From the NCBI GenBank assembly GCA_964016885.1, contig OZ024743.1, positions 57,722,001-57,786,000 of the forward strand: 64,000 nucleotides of DNA. Direction: 5' to 3'. Source of the DNA: Eledone cirrhosa. Lineage: Eukaryota. This document shows, piece by piece, positions 1 to 12,675 of this stretch; the stretch's first letter is position 1; every line of letters starts with the position of its first letter. The position numbers and the translations under genes were made by a program. Under the pieces are notes generated by a model that saw only the letters and a list, made by a program, of their open reading frames with translations, did no database searches and was not told the origin of the DNA.

Positions 1-73
1 ATGATCAATTAACTAACTCTTAGTCTATTGTTATAAACGTATGTAATTCAGATGTAGGGCAATAATAAAATAT

Positions 74-90
74 TCTTCTTCTTCTTCTAC

Positions 91-122
<32 letters not shown>

Positions 123-790
123 CTTCTTCTTCTTCTTCTTCTTCTTCTTCTTCTTCTTCTTCTTCTTCTTCTTCTTCACCCATTAATTCACAATACATGG
201 ACAGAGTCATCACACACCCCTTCCAGAGGGTCCTGTCAGAAACAACCGTTTCCAACTAATCCGAATGAATTCCCAAGCGAGGCCAGTAAAGCTCTTGAAT
301 GTTATTCATTCATCTTGCTTGGGGTCTACTCCTGGGTCTCATGCCGGTTGCTTTTGCCCGTAGAATCTGTCCAGCGATTTTTCCTCAGACATTCTAACCA
401 CATGCCCATAGTGTCGGAGCTATGAACTCTCAATTCGGAGAAGCAGTGGATCTACTTGGAACGACTCGCTGATCTCCGAGTTACGCACTCTTTTGAGTAG
501 CTTTACTCCAAAGACCCTTCGGAGGAACCCCATTTCGGCCGCTTGTATTGGCGATCGTATTCTTTTGGTTATTACCCAAGATTCATGACCACAGGTAAGG
601 ATTGGCATGAATACTGAATTGAAGATAGCAAGTATGGCTTTTACTCCTACCCCGCTTTTACTGATTATTGAATGCTGAAGCTGGCGCAATATTGCCCCAG
701 CTCCAGCAATTCTTGTACTAAATTCAATCTCCTGCCTTCCATCACTGCTTCACGGAACTCCATTCACGTGTAGAGTGCACTGCACAGGCT
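74..790 (-). mobile_element. RTE-clade LINE 3' fragment ending in a (GAA)n tail
   Basis: ORF 420..689 (-) reads PILTCGHESW...IQAAEMGFLRRVFGV...RVRNSEI, typical of the RTE C-terminus. (TTC)n at 74-177 lies at its 3' end. Confidence 0.75.
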
Positions 791-999
791 TCCTGTTAAA
801 CAATACGATAGCTCAGTCTTTAATAATAATATTTCAATTTAATATTTAATCATAGAGTATTATACATTAAATTGAAATAAATAGGAAAAGGAAAATGAGC
901 GCAAAGAAGGTGGGTGGAGAAAAAATTACATAATGAAAAGTGGGAAGGGAGAAGGGAGAAGGGAGAGGTAAACTCTACACTCACTGCTAGTCGGTATAT

Positions 1000-1197
1000 C
1001 TCAGCTGCTCCTTACGAACCAGATGGCGAAAGCAATCATGCAGAGGGCACACAGCGACAACCACTGCATCAACCATTCCTCTCAGATGCACTCCTCACTA
1101 TTTTGAAGAGGAAAATGGCTGTCCAGAGACGGAAGACACTGATAGCCTCGACAGCGAGTGGAATGAAAGAGAAGCGATCAGTCAGGACTTGGTATTA
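1000..1197 (-). mobile_element. Degenerate CRE-like (restriction-like endonuclease) non-LTR retrotransposon C-terminal fragment
   Basis: Manual minus-strand translation gives YQVLTDRFSFIPLAVEAISVF...FL, then EEWLMQWLSL...AFAI in a shifted frame. This resembles the CRE RLE C-terminus (Y..L...F.F.P.AVET.G...WL.QRLS...GNA). Confidence 0.5.
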
Positions 1198-1642
1198 AAT
1201 TTATCACTAATATATCATTTTAGACACTTGCTTATTATTGGTGATTTGAAAACGAATTCGCAGGTCTTCCTCTCTTACATGAAAAATGGATGGAGCATTA
1301 ATTAAATTGAATATATACCCATGTTAAATAACAATGTAAAAGGATGTCATTCGTAGACATCTCATTACTGAAATATATAAAAGAAACCAGCGGAAATTTG
1401 CAACAACTGAAATATTACGGACAGATGTTAATGGCGTCAAACGTGTTAGAACATTTCCGGCGAAGACGCCTTTTATACTGCTTCAGAATTAATTGTTCTT
1501 ACTTTTGTCATAATGTTGAGTGAGTCTAGTTCCCAGATTGTGTTTAAACTTAATTTAAATGAAATGAAAAAATAGACAAAATATAGAAAAAATAGACAAA
1601 ATATAGAAAAAGAAAATTACATAAAAAATTTCTTGTAGAAGC

Positions 1643-1708
<66 letters not shown>

Positions 1709-1716
1709 TGTTTATA

Positions 1717-1784
<68 letters not shown>

Positions 1785-1786
<2 letters not shown>

Positions 1787-2917
1787 TATGTATGTATGTA
1801 TACGTACATACATATATGTATACAGACGTACAGTAGTATGTATATATATACATACATGCACACACATATATATGCACGTATCGGTTTACCAAACATTTAT
1901 TATAATGCTCGGTTTGTTTGTAAACAAACAAACAGCCCGAATTACGCCGTACAGTGTTGAGGCAACCACGTCACCTTTTTGTTCAACACTGACACAGGAA
2001 CGATGTACTAGTTTCAAGCTTATTAGCTATCGTCAGCATCGTATACCTTCCTGCTAGATGATTGAACGTCTGAAAGTATATACTTTCCATTTATCGTTTT
2101 CCGTGCGCCCGGCCGACTAAACTCACTCGATATGCAAATTGGGCTGCTCAGCCGTTAATATGCATAAGGAAAGTATATACTTTCAGACGTTCAACCATCT
2201 GGCAGGAATGTATACGATGCTGACGATAGCTAATAAGCTTGAAACTAATACATCGTTCCTGTGTCAGTGTTGAACAAAAAGGTGACGTGGTTGCCTTAAC
2301 ACTGTACGCCGTAATTCGGGCTGTTTGTTTGTTTACAAACAAACCGAGCATTATATATGTGTGTACATGTATGTATATATATACATACTACTGTACGTCT
2401 GTATACATATATGTATCTACGTATACTTACATACATACTTACATTTAAGTAACTGCCGTACTAAGAGTCAGAAATGAAATTTCATTTCATTCTATTCCAT
2501 TTATCGTTTTCGATGCGCGCGGCCGACTAAACTCACTCGATATGCAAATTGGGCTGCTCAGCTGTTAATATGCATAAGGAAAGTATATACTTTCAGACGT
2601 TCAACCATCTGGCAGGAAGGTATACGATGCTGACGATAGCTAATAAGCTTGAAACTAGTACAAAAAGGTGACGTGGTTGCCTAAACACTGTACGGCATAA
2701 TTCGGGCTGTTTGTTTGTTTACAAACAAAGCGAGCATTTTAGTAAATGTTCGGTAAACCGATACGTGCATATATATGTGTGTGCATGTATGTATATATAT
2801 ACATACTACTGTACGTCTGTATACATATATGTATCTACGTATACATACATACTTACATTTAAGTAACTGCCGTACTAAGAGTGAGAAATGAAATTTCGTT
2901 TCATTCTATTCCATTTA
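1785..2917. mobile_element. Non-autonomous ~410-bp HHR-bearing element (family H1): one inverted truncated copy plus two tandem copies, between (TA)n tracts
   Basis: 1785-2089 is the reverse complement of sequence in 2160-2440 and 2570-2855. The tandem period is 410 (2215 vs 2625). Further copies lie at 14806-15150, 26217-26390 and 40812-41275. Confidence 0.85.
2001..2041 (-). ncRNA. Type I hammerhead ribozyme, family H1
   Basis: Sense strand: cgatg CTGACGA t-agc-taataa-gct-t GAAA ctag TA catcg. Stem I extends as caggaa/ttcctg past a bulge. Plus-strand copies are at 2215-2255 (stem III mutated) and 2625-2662 (3' stem I deleted). Confidence 0.8.
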
Positions 2918-3082
2918 TATATATATAAATATATATATATATAGTGGTGGAACACTGGAAGGTAATATGCGTAGTGGTAGAGCACTCAGTCCATGGGACG
3001 AGTTAGGTAGAAGTGGTTACACAACAGTGTAACCACAACACGTGTCAATAAAGTCCTTTTAACTAAACTGTATCCATTAATA

Positions 3083-3088
3083 TCCTTC

Positions 3089-3124
<36 letters not shown>

Positions 3125-5068
3125 ATATTATACATATAAATGTATGTATATTTAGACAAATGAATATATGAGGGATGAACGCCGATACAAGTATACATGT
3201 GTTCGAATTGCAAATGACCAAGTTCGCTAGGTTAAACAATACTAATTTAACATAATATGGTTTGCCTTTCTCGATTTAAAATAATAAATCAATAAAAATA
3301 ACAAACCTATATTGCCAACGGCCGTGATACCCGGACAAAGTCTAAATTTGTTTCGCAACAATTATCAAGTGAAAGTTACTATTCCTATGCTTTTCTGCGG
3401 GTATCCAGGAACATTCGTATCTTTCACTTCAAAATACTTAAGAAGACTGAGAAACATGTGTTGTTGAACGCACATGTGTCACAGCGCCTAACTCGACTCA
3501 TACTCGTCCCGCTAAACGTAGCAGCCGGTTTTATGGGACTAAAATTAGCTCTACGTATGGACCCGAGAATATCATATATTGAGTTATAAACTCGAAATAG
3601 TCTCAAAGAAAGGAATATTTCCGAGCCGTGTATATATGCGCGATGAACATCGATGCAAGTATACATGTGTTCGAATTGCAAATGACCAAGTTAGCTAGGT
3701 TGAAAAATACTAATTTAACATAATATGGTTTGCCTATCTCGATTTAAAATAATAAATCAATAAAAATAACAAACCTATGATTTTTATGCATTTCCACATT
3801 TCTCTACAGATTTTGATGATTTTTTCCAATGTGCTCCAAATTTACCAACGATGGTCGACGCGTAATAAACTTTGCCAAAATTTCCTGCTTCTATGAAAAA
3901 AATCGATAAAACTAAATACATGCTGTAACCCTCTCTCTTACACGCTTATTCCCTCTCTCTATAATAGATCATTCGCCCTCTCTATAATTTAACTGCTTTA
4001 CTCTCTTCATGTTTTGAGGTTTAACACACCTCCCTATAGTCTCTTAGCTTTACTCTCGCCGTCGCTCTTCCCTATCTCTATAATAGATTATTCCCCCTCT
4101 CTATAATTTAACTGCTTTACTTTCTCTGTCGCTCTTCACTCTCTATGTGACAACACTGTTTAACACACCTCCCTATAGTTTCTTAGCTTTACTCTCTCCA
4201 TCGCTCTTCCCACTCTCTATAATAGATTATTCCCCCTATCTATAATTTAACTACTGGGGGAGTCATTGGAGTTCCGTATTGACATACGGCTTTTCTGGGG
4301 TATTTTAAATCGGCTTATTGCAAATAAGAACCCGCAAAATAACACTTCATATAACAGATTAATGCTATAGACATATGAATCGGAATGGTTAAATTATTTA
4401 CTTTTTACGACTTTCATTGTTTAAATATTAATATGACAACACCCATAGTGTTGTACTTCTGGCAATTCTGCCGAATACACTGCCAGTGATGAACCTTTTC
4501 CCCTCGGCGTCAGATATCCCGTTCGATTTCCGGCGATCCCAATTCCCGGCGAGACCAAGTTTTGCCATGTCCATTAACAAGTTACAAGGGCAAACATTGT
4601 CGGTGGCGGGCAACCATTTGGAAGAGCCATGCTTCTCCCATGGCCAACTTTATGTTGCCTGTTCCCGCGTAGGGAGCAGGAATGGACTTTCTGCTTACAC
4701 TCGTCAAGGGATGACACGCAATATCGTCTACAAAGAGGTACTATAGATGTTGGTGCAGGTGTTGGAGGTGTTGGAGCTATGCCGGCGGGAAAACTATTTC
4801 CTGGTAGGGTCACCCATGGCGGACAGATCTGACACCCAATGGCATCAGGGCCACCATCTTGCAACTTTGGTCTGCTAAATTCGCTATTGGAAGACTATTA
4901 ACCCATGATTGATTGTCCAAAATGATAATTGGTTCGTAACTGTTAATAACCGGTTCAACTGCTTTATGCACTTAATTGATAAGCTTATTCGCTTTCAAGC
5001 CACGTTTACCTGTATGTAACTTTTCATAGCAAATGAACAAACCCGAGCAGCGCCAGGCTAAGTGCTAG
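3083..5068 (+). mobile_element. Non-autonomous Helitron with Pif1-helicase C-terminal remnant
   Basis: ORF 4486..4746 has FAMSINKLQGQTL...FSHGQLYVACSRV (Pif1 motifs V-VI). The 3' end is an imperfect GC hairpin (5042-5057) followed by CTAG|T at 5065-5069. A putative A|TC start lies at 3082/3083. Internal duplications occur at 3170-3310 vs 3640-3778 and at 3940-4255. Confidence 0.75.
4486..4746 (+). pseudogene. Helitron RepHel Pif1 helicase C-terminal fragment
   Basis: QFPARPSFAMSINKLQGQTLSVAG...PCFSHGQLYVACSRVG. Confidence 0.85.
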
Positions 5069-5533
5069 TTATTAATATTCGAAAAACTCAGATTACATTT
5101 ATTGTATTCAGCCATGTATAGCGAAAATTTTATTTTTTATTTTTGAATTTGGCAAAGCCGGCCATTTATCGCTCGTATACAGGAATCTGACTGGCCAGTC
5201 TGCTGATATGCAAATCAGGCTGATCAGTGGATCTGCTAATATGCAGAGCTGACTGATCAGCCAGTCTGCTGATATGCAGATCAGGCTGATCAGTCACTGT
5301 GTATTTTTGAAAATAGCATATATTTTCACTAGCTCTGACAGTTTGGCAGGTGAACAGTGAGCTGTACTGATGAAGGGTGATACCCAGAAACATTAGTGTC
5401 TGCAGTTCTGTTCACATGCCGACACAAGAGCAAGAATGAAGGGTTCATTCTACTGACATGGCTATAAAATTGAGGTTGTTTGCATCATTGCAAACGAATC
5501 GAATGTTATTATTAATATTCGAAAAACTCAGAT

Positions 5534-5535
<2 letters not shown>
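5069..5535 (+). mobile_element. 440-bp terminally redundant HHR-bearing monomer (family H2)
   Basis: 27-bp direct repeat ttattaatattcgaaaaactcagatta at 5069-5095 and 5509-5535, followed by (TA)n. It contains a short tandem repeat (5185-5295) and an HHR. Confidence 0.7.
5345..5420 (+). ncRNA. Type I hammerhead ribozyme with GUC triplet, family H2
   Basis: ctgta CTGATGA a-gggt-gat-accc-a GAAA cattagtg TC tgcag. Stem I extends as gtgaacag/ctgttcac and ggca/tgcc. Predicted cut is after 5400. Confidence 0.85.
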
Positions 5536-5572
<37 letters not shown>

Positions 5573-5573
<1 letters not shown>

Positions 5574-5654
5574 TGTAAAATCCAAACCACGGTGCCAAGT
5601 GTTTTCGGCTTGTGTGTTCAACAAGCTTTTTCAAGGATATAGACTAGTTTACAT
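5573..5654 (-). ncRNA. Probable hammerhead ribozyme, U3-A8 core variant, partly degenerate
   Basis: Sense strand: atcc TTGAAAA a-gcttg-ttgaacaca-caagc-c GAAA acac-ttggcacc-gtggt TT ggat, with distal helix atgtaaa/tttacat. Confidence 0.5.
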
Positions 5655-5723
5655 ATCTCTGTACCCACTCTGCATCTGCCCATGATTAGTGGTTTTCACA
5701 GTCTCAGCACCGCAGACTCCCCG

Positions 5724-5777
<54 letters not shown>

Positions 5778-6059
5778 CTAACTATGTATGTATGTATGTT
5801 GCAGTAAGACACACACGCGTAAATAAGTGTACACATATACACGAAATATACTAATCTACTCATACCCTCGTGCACACATACAAACACACACGCTCGCACG
5901 TACACACGCACACCTACAAACACAAGACACATATATTCAGTTATCTACCTGGTTGTGCTGACCTAATGACGCGATAGAAAAAAACATTATTTCCTATGAA
6001 ATTATTGTATCAATTAGGCACATCAAATGCTTAGCTTCTGTTATATTCAGGAGCTTTAG

Positions 6060-6262
6060 GGCGGTGGATTGGCAGTGTCGGTAGAGCTTTGGATGCCATG
6101 CTTTCTTGCATAGAGTTACTGCCCTCTACAGTCTGAGTTCAAATCCCGCCGAGGTTAACTTTGCCTTTCATCCTTACGGGGTCTATAAAATAAAGTACCA
6201 GTCACGCACTGGGGTCAATTTAATCGACTATCTCTTCCCTCAAAACTGCTGGCCTTGTGCCT
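6060..6262 (+). mobile_element. tRNA-derived SINE (family S1; central domain resembles the Deu/Nin type)
   Basis: A-box-like tggcagtgtcgg, B-box gagttcaaatccc, central gcctttcatcc...ggggtc...aaaataaagtaccag. Many copies occur in the window. Confidence 0.8.
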
Positions 6263-6854
6263 TTATATATATTCAGGAGCTTTGCTGAGATTTGCTTATT
6301 TACGAGGGGGTGGGGGTGGGGTAAACAGTTTCCAGGGACAAATAAACTTCAATTGGTCGTTCCATGAGAGTTTCTTGGTCTGCTTATGAACTTCTTGTAA
6401 ATGCTCGAGCTCATGGGCTTCTGATGAAGTTGAAATGGCGCCGTCGTGACATCATGGATAGTTGCAATCCCTCTCAAAGCCGGAATATAGCCGATTTCTT
6501 CGAGAGAGCGACAGATATATATCTATATATAAGAGAGTATTGAAATTTTTCTTGAAGCATTGTGGAATAATAAGGTAAATTTCTTTAAGACGTTTGGAAG
6601 CCTCGACAATGCAGATAGGTAAATCTCCGGGGGTAACAGGATCCGGTGGTAGAGAGAGATGTAAGTGGGTGTACGTTGAGATGCGTGGCGTGTATAAACG
6701 TGTAGAGGAATGAAGGATAGAGCGTAAAGGATAAAAATAAAAATAACAACACGAGAGAGAGTTTCCTTGGGAGAGATTTATAGAGAGAGAGAGAGAGAAG
6801 GTTAAAAGGATTTTACTATACGGTGCTAAATATATGGCTTAGCTAATGTCTGTC

Positions 6855-7122
6855 TCAAGCCAGAAGGCTTGTTAGGCTGGTGTTTATCCCGATTTCCTGG
6901 CGTTAATCAACTGAGAGTACGAGACTCTCTCTTGGATAGGACACCAGTCTATCGCCGGCTTAAACCCCCAGCTATTGCTGGTACTCATTATTTAGCTGGG
7001 TTTACTGGAGAAATGTGAAATGAAGTGTTTTGTCCAAGAACATTACACCCAACTCAGCCCAGGAATCGAACTCACGATATTATGATCGTAAGTCCAACTC
7101 TCTTACCACTAGGCCATGCGCC
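6855..7122 (-). mobile_element. tRNA-derived SINE (family S2)
   Basis: Sense strand starts ggcgcatggcctagtggtaag (A box) ... gagttcgattcc (B box), followed by a CORE/V-like central region. Confidence 0.75.
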
Positions 7123-7774
7123 ACCACAATGACACCTTACCTTATTAAGTTCTGCAAAACCAAATGTATAGTGATTCTTTCTTATTTCCACATTAGAAGC
7201 GGAATCGACCTAAGTAATGAACTATTACTTTATTCATCGACCTCGAAAAGAGGAAATGTAAAGTCGACTTCATTGAATTTGAACTAAGAACATAAAAGTA
7301 AATGATACAAAGCACTTTTTCCCGACGCTCTAACAATTCAGCCAATCCACCAAGATGAACATTAATACTTGAATGGAAGGCAAAGTTGACTATGGTGAGA
7401 ATTTACCCCAGAATATAAAGTGATTTTACCCCAGAATATACAGAAAAGAAAGAAAAATAAATATACAGAAGATTATATTTGACTTAGGCTATCGCTGAAA
7501 AAAAAAAAGACATATTTACTAAACCTTAATGAATTCAACGACTCCAGTCTATGCTATCATTAAAGCTGCTAGATATAGCGGCCAGGCCTATCATCGAGGA
7601 CAATAATATCATAGAGCACTTTATCCGGCGTTTCAAGGATACTGCCAATTCGTCACCTTCACATACGTTTGTTTTTGACGGTAAAGGATTCTAGTGTGGA
7701 AATCACTATAAACGTTTCCAGTGCGTGTTAGATTTGACACCGAGTAAACCACATACAAGATCGGCTTTCCTGAA

Positions 7775-8160
7775 GTTAATAATTGTTTCTACTTTTGGCA
7801 CAAGGCCAGCAATTAACCAGTACATTACTGGTACTTTATTTTATCGACCCCGTAAGGATGAAAGGCAAAGTTAATCTCGGCGGGATTTGAACTCAGACTG
7901 TAAAGAGACGTAACTATGCTAGAAAGCATGGCGTCCAACCCTCTACCGATACTGCCAATTGAAGTTAATAATTGTTTCTACTTTTGGCACAAGGCCAGCA
8001 ATTACCCAATGCATTACTGGTACTTTATTCTATCGATCCCGGAAGGATGAAAGGCAAAGTTAACCTCGGCGGGATTTGAACTCAGATCATACAGGGAGGT
8101 AACTCTATGCTTCAAAGCATGGCATCTGATCCTCTACCGATACTGCCAATCCACCGCCTT
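7775..8160 (-). mobile_element. Two tandem S1 SINE copies
   Basis: Each copy is the reverse complement of 6060-6262. The junction gaagttaataat is repeated at 7772, 7961 and 8169. Confidence 0.8.
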
Positions 8161-8408
8161 AATTAATTGAAGTTAATAATGGTAAATATTAAGACATTCA
8201 TTTAACAGCTTATAGTGAAATCCTGTTATTCTTTTGCTTGTTCAAGGAATCCTGTTAACGATGAAGACTTAATATTGTGTCTTGGAACTTCGTCGGTTCT
8301 GGCGATGACTATTCCAGTTGTTCGAAAATCAGAATCGTAAATTTACCGAGCATCAATTCCAATGTCCGTGAAATTAACATGCAAATGACTGGACATTCTA
8401 TAGACATG

Positions 8409-8790
8409 TACTCATGTGTCTCGAATAATGCCCCCACCCCCGCTTATTAATTTTTCGGATTTTTTCCAATTCCACCGTTTTTATTTCAGCCAACTCCCGC
8501 CTATTAAATTTTTCTAATATATCTCTGTCGAAATATTATTGTAAGAGATTCACATTTAAAAAGCAGCTGGAGAATCTAATGATAATTTTATTTTACATTA
8601 AAAAACATTATATGTGACAAAAAAGAACATTATAAGAAATACCATACATTATAAAATAAATATGGTTTGTAAACTAAATAACTTTCCAGCCTTCCACTGT
8701 TTATTCTACGCCCGCTTATAAGAATTGAAGCAAACGTACAACCCTCCCGCTTATTTCAACCCATCCCCTATAATTTGAGACCCGAGAATG
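8409..8790. mobile_element. Possible pogo/Tigger-like MITE interrupting a degenerate SINE (about 8300-8990)
   Basis: Imperfect terminal inverted repeats tactcatgtgtctcgaataa / taatttgagacccgagaatg. SINE-like sequence lies on both sides. Confidence 0.35.
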
Positions 8791-9469
8791 CAAGCTTAAT
8801 GTAGTTCTCGTAGAGCAGTGTGTGACAAAGCGTGTCCTTTGAATTACAGGTACAGTTTGTTTCTGCCATCTGGGTATTTTGGAGCATCTTGAAATAAGGT
8901 GTCCAGGTCGAGGACAAAACGAGTTGTCGGGAATCGAAATCACCACCTTAAGGTCGTGAGACAAATATCCTTGCTAATGCTACACACCTTCACATTTACC
9001 TTCTACAATAACTGACACAAAGTTATCCAGACATGCAAAGTTTTGAGTTATACACACACACACACACATGTATATATATATATGATGTGGTAGAGAATCT
9101 GCATTGCAGGAGTTTTAACGAAAAAGGAATTTAATGTAATAACAAATGTTTTGATAATCCAAAACGTTGAAAGCAGGCTTTGCTAACATCAACTTTTGTA
9201 CATGTTATAAAGATTTTAAAATATATATACATATATATATATACATACATATATATATATATATATAATATATATATATGCCAGGTGCGATTTTCAAACC
9301 CATTTTTAATCACTTTCCTTACATATATATATATATATATATATATGAATATAGACATAGAATATTCGAAAATATTCTGTATGTTTATAATAAACATTTT
9401 GAAGACCTAATCGCTATAGAATAGAATACGTCACGTATTACAATTAGATTCTCGATAAAAGCAAGGGAA

Positions 9470-9512
9470 GTAATCTACGCGTTTCATTCTCGTTAGAAAT
9501 CATCAGGACTAC
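9470..9512 (-). ncRNA. Hammerhead ribozyme of H3 unit (also 9780-9822, 10090-10132)
   Basis: Exact reverse complement of the motif at 10301-10343. Confidence 0.88.
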
Positions 9513-10300
9513 ATATCCAGTGCTTTTATCGAGAATGACACAGCTAGAGACTTATAGAATACTTAGCTGTGTACAGGAACTGGTTTGAAAGAGCGGTTGC
9601 CGGTCCGGCAGAAATTAGAAATTGGAATAAATGCTCTGAAATAGCGATATATATGTGAATATAGACATAGAATATTCGAAAATATTCTGTATGTTTATAA
9701 TAAACATTTTGAAGACCTAATCGCTATAGAATAGAATACGTCACGTATTACAATTAGATTCTCGATAAAAGCAAGGGAAGTAATCTACGCGTTTCATTCT
9801 CGTTAGAAATCATCAGGACTACATATCCAGTGCTTTTATCGAGAATGACACAGCTAGAGACTTATAGAATACTTAGCTGTGTACAGGAACTGGTTTGAAA
9901 GAGCGGTTGCCGGTCCGGCAGAAATTAGAAATTGGAATAAATGCTCTGAAATAGCGATATATATGTGAATATAGACATAGAATATTCGAAAATATTCTGT
10001 ATGTTTATAATAAACATTTTGAAGACCTAATCGCTATAGAATAGAATACGTCACGTATTACAATTAGATTCTCGATAAAAGCAAGGGAAGTAATCTACGC
10101 GTTTCATTCTCGTTAGAAATCATCAGGACTACATATCCAGTGCTTTTATCGAGAATGACACAGCTAGAGACTTATAGAATACTTAGCTGTGTACAGGAAC
10201 TGGTTTGAAAGAGCGGTTGCCGGTCCGGCAGAAATTAGAAATTGGAATAAATGCTCTATAAGTCTCTAGCTGTGTCATTCTCGATAAAAGCACTGGATAT

Positions 10301-10343
10301 GTAGTCCTGATGATTTCTAACGAGAATGAAACGCGTAGATTAC
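10301..10343 (+). ncRNA. Type I hammerhead ribozyme of H3 unit (repeated at 10611, 10921, 11231, 11541, 11851, 12161, 12471)
   Basis: gtagtc CTGATGA t-ttct-aacg-agaa-t GAAA cgcg TA gattac. The minimal stem III is palindromic (ACGCGT). A perfect 16-bp distal helix 10277-10292/10350-10365 follows an internal loop. Predicted cut is after 10337. Confidence 0.9.
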
Positions 10344-12675
10344 TTCCCTTGCTTTTATCGAGAATCTAATTGTAATACGTGACGTATTCTATTCTATAGC
10401 GATTAGGTCTTCAAAATGTTTATTATAAACATACAGAATATTTTCGAATATTCTATGTCTATATTCACATATATATCGCTATTTCAGAGCATTTATTCCA
10501 ATTTCTAATTTCTGCCGGACCGGCAACCGCTCTTTCAAACCAGTTCCTGTACACAGCTAAGTATTCTATAAGTCTCTAGCTGTGTCATTCTCGATAAAAG
10601 CACTGGATATGTAGTCCTGATGATTTCTAACGAGAATGAAACGCGTAGATTACTTCCCTTGCTTTTATCGAGAATCTAATTGTAATACGTGACGTATTCT
10701 ATTCTATAGCGATTAGGTCTTCAAAATGTTTATTATAAACATACAGAATATTTTCGAATATTCTATGTCTATATTCACATATATATCGCTATTTCAGAGC
10801 ATTTATTCCAATTTCTAATTTCTGCCGGACCGGCAACCGCTCTTTCAAACCAGTTCCTGTACACAGCTAAGTATTCTATAAGTCTCTAGCTGTGTCATTC
10901 TCGATAAAAGCACTGGATATGTAGTCCTGATGATTTCTAACGAGAATGAAACGCGTAGATTACTTCCCTTGCTTTTATCGAGAATCTAATTGTAATACGT
11001 GACGTATTCTATTCTATAGCGATTAGGTCTTCAAAATGTTTATTATAAACATACAGAATATTTTCGAATATTCTATGTCTATATTCACATATATATCGCT
11101 ATTTCAGAGCATTTATTCCAATTTCTAATTTCTGCCGGACCGGCAACCGCTCTTTCAAACCAGTTCCTGTACACAGCTAAGTATTCTATAAGTCTCTAGC
11201 TGTGTCATTCTCGATAAAAGCACTGGATATGTAGTCCTGATGATTTCTAACGAGAATGAAACGCGTAGATTACTTCCCTTGCTTTTATCGAGAATCTAAT
11301 TGTAATACGTGACGTATTCTATTCTATAGCGATTAGGTCTTCAAAATGTTTATTATAAACATACAGAATATTTTCGAATATTCTATGTCTATATTCACAT
11401 ATATATCGCTATTTCAGAGCATTTATTCCAATTTCTAATTTCTGCCGGACCGGCAACCGCTCTTTCAAACCAGTTCCTGTACACAGCTAAGTATTCTATA
11501 AGTCTCTAGCTGTGTCATTCTCGATAAAAGCACTGGATATGTAGTCCTGATGATTTCTAACGAGAATGAAACGCGTAGATTACTTCCCTTGCTTTTATCG
11601 AGAATCTAATTGTAATACGTGACGTATTCTATTCTATAGCGATTAGGTCTTCAAAATGTTTATTATAAACATACAGAATATTTTCGAATATTCTATGTCT
11701 ATATTCACATATATATCGCTATTTCAGAGCATTTATTCCAATTTCTAATTTCTGCCGGACCGGCAACCGCTCTTTCAAACCAGTTCCTGTACACAGCTAA
11801 GTATTCTATAAGTCTCTAGCTGTGTCATTCTCGATAAAAGCACTGGATATGTAGTCCTGATGATTTCTAACGAGAATGAAACGCGTAGATTACTTCCCTT
11901 GCTTTTATCGAGAATCTAATTGTAATACGTGACGTATTCTATTCTATAGCGATTAGGTCTTCAAAATGTTTATTATAAACATACAGAATATTTTCGAATA
12001 TTCTATGTCTATATTCACATATATATCGCTATTTCAGAGCATTTATTCCAATTTCTAATTTCTGCCGGACCGGCAACCGCTCTTTCAAACCAGTTCCTGT
12101 ACACAGCTAAGTATTCTATAAGTCTCTAGCTGTGTCATTCTCGATAAAAGCACTGGATATGTAGTCCTGATGATTTCTAACGAGAATGAAACGCGTAGAT
12201 TACTTCCCTTGCTTTTATCGAGAATCTAATTGTAATACGTGACGTATTCTATTCTATAGCGATTAGGTCTTCAAAATGTTTATTATAAACATACAGAATA
12301 TTTTCGAATATTCTATGTCCATATTCACATATATATCGCTATTTCAGAGCATTTATTCCAATTTCTAATTTCTGCCGGACCGGCAACCGCTCTTTCAAAC
12401 CAGTTCCTGTACACAGCTAAGTATTCTATAAGTCTCTAGCTGTGTCATTCTCGATAAAAGCACTGGATATGTAGTCCTGATGATTTCTAACGAGAATGAA
12501 ACGCGTAGATTACTTCCCTTGCTTTTATCGAGAATCTAATTGTAATACGTGACGTATTCTATTCTATAGCGATTAGGTCTTCAAAATGTTTATTATAAAC
12601 ATACAGAATATTTTCGAATATTCTATGTCTATATTCACATATATATCGCTATTTCAGAGCATTTATTCCAATTTC

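Noticed and set aside
3005-3050. Perfect 10-bp hairpin followed by aacacgtgtc, HHR-like
   Set aside because: Both core boxes are missing. At best a relic.
6060-6150. tRNA gene
   Set aside because: A and B boxes are present but there is no cloverleaf. It is the head of a multi-copy SINE.
9141-9190. TTGATAA...GAAA gca/tgc HHR-like motif
   Set aside because: Stem II does not pair and the spacing at the cleavage site is off by one.
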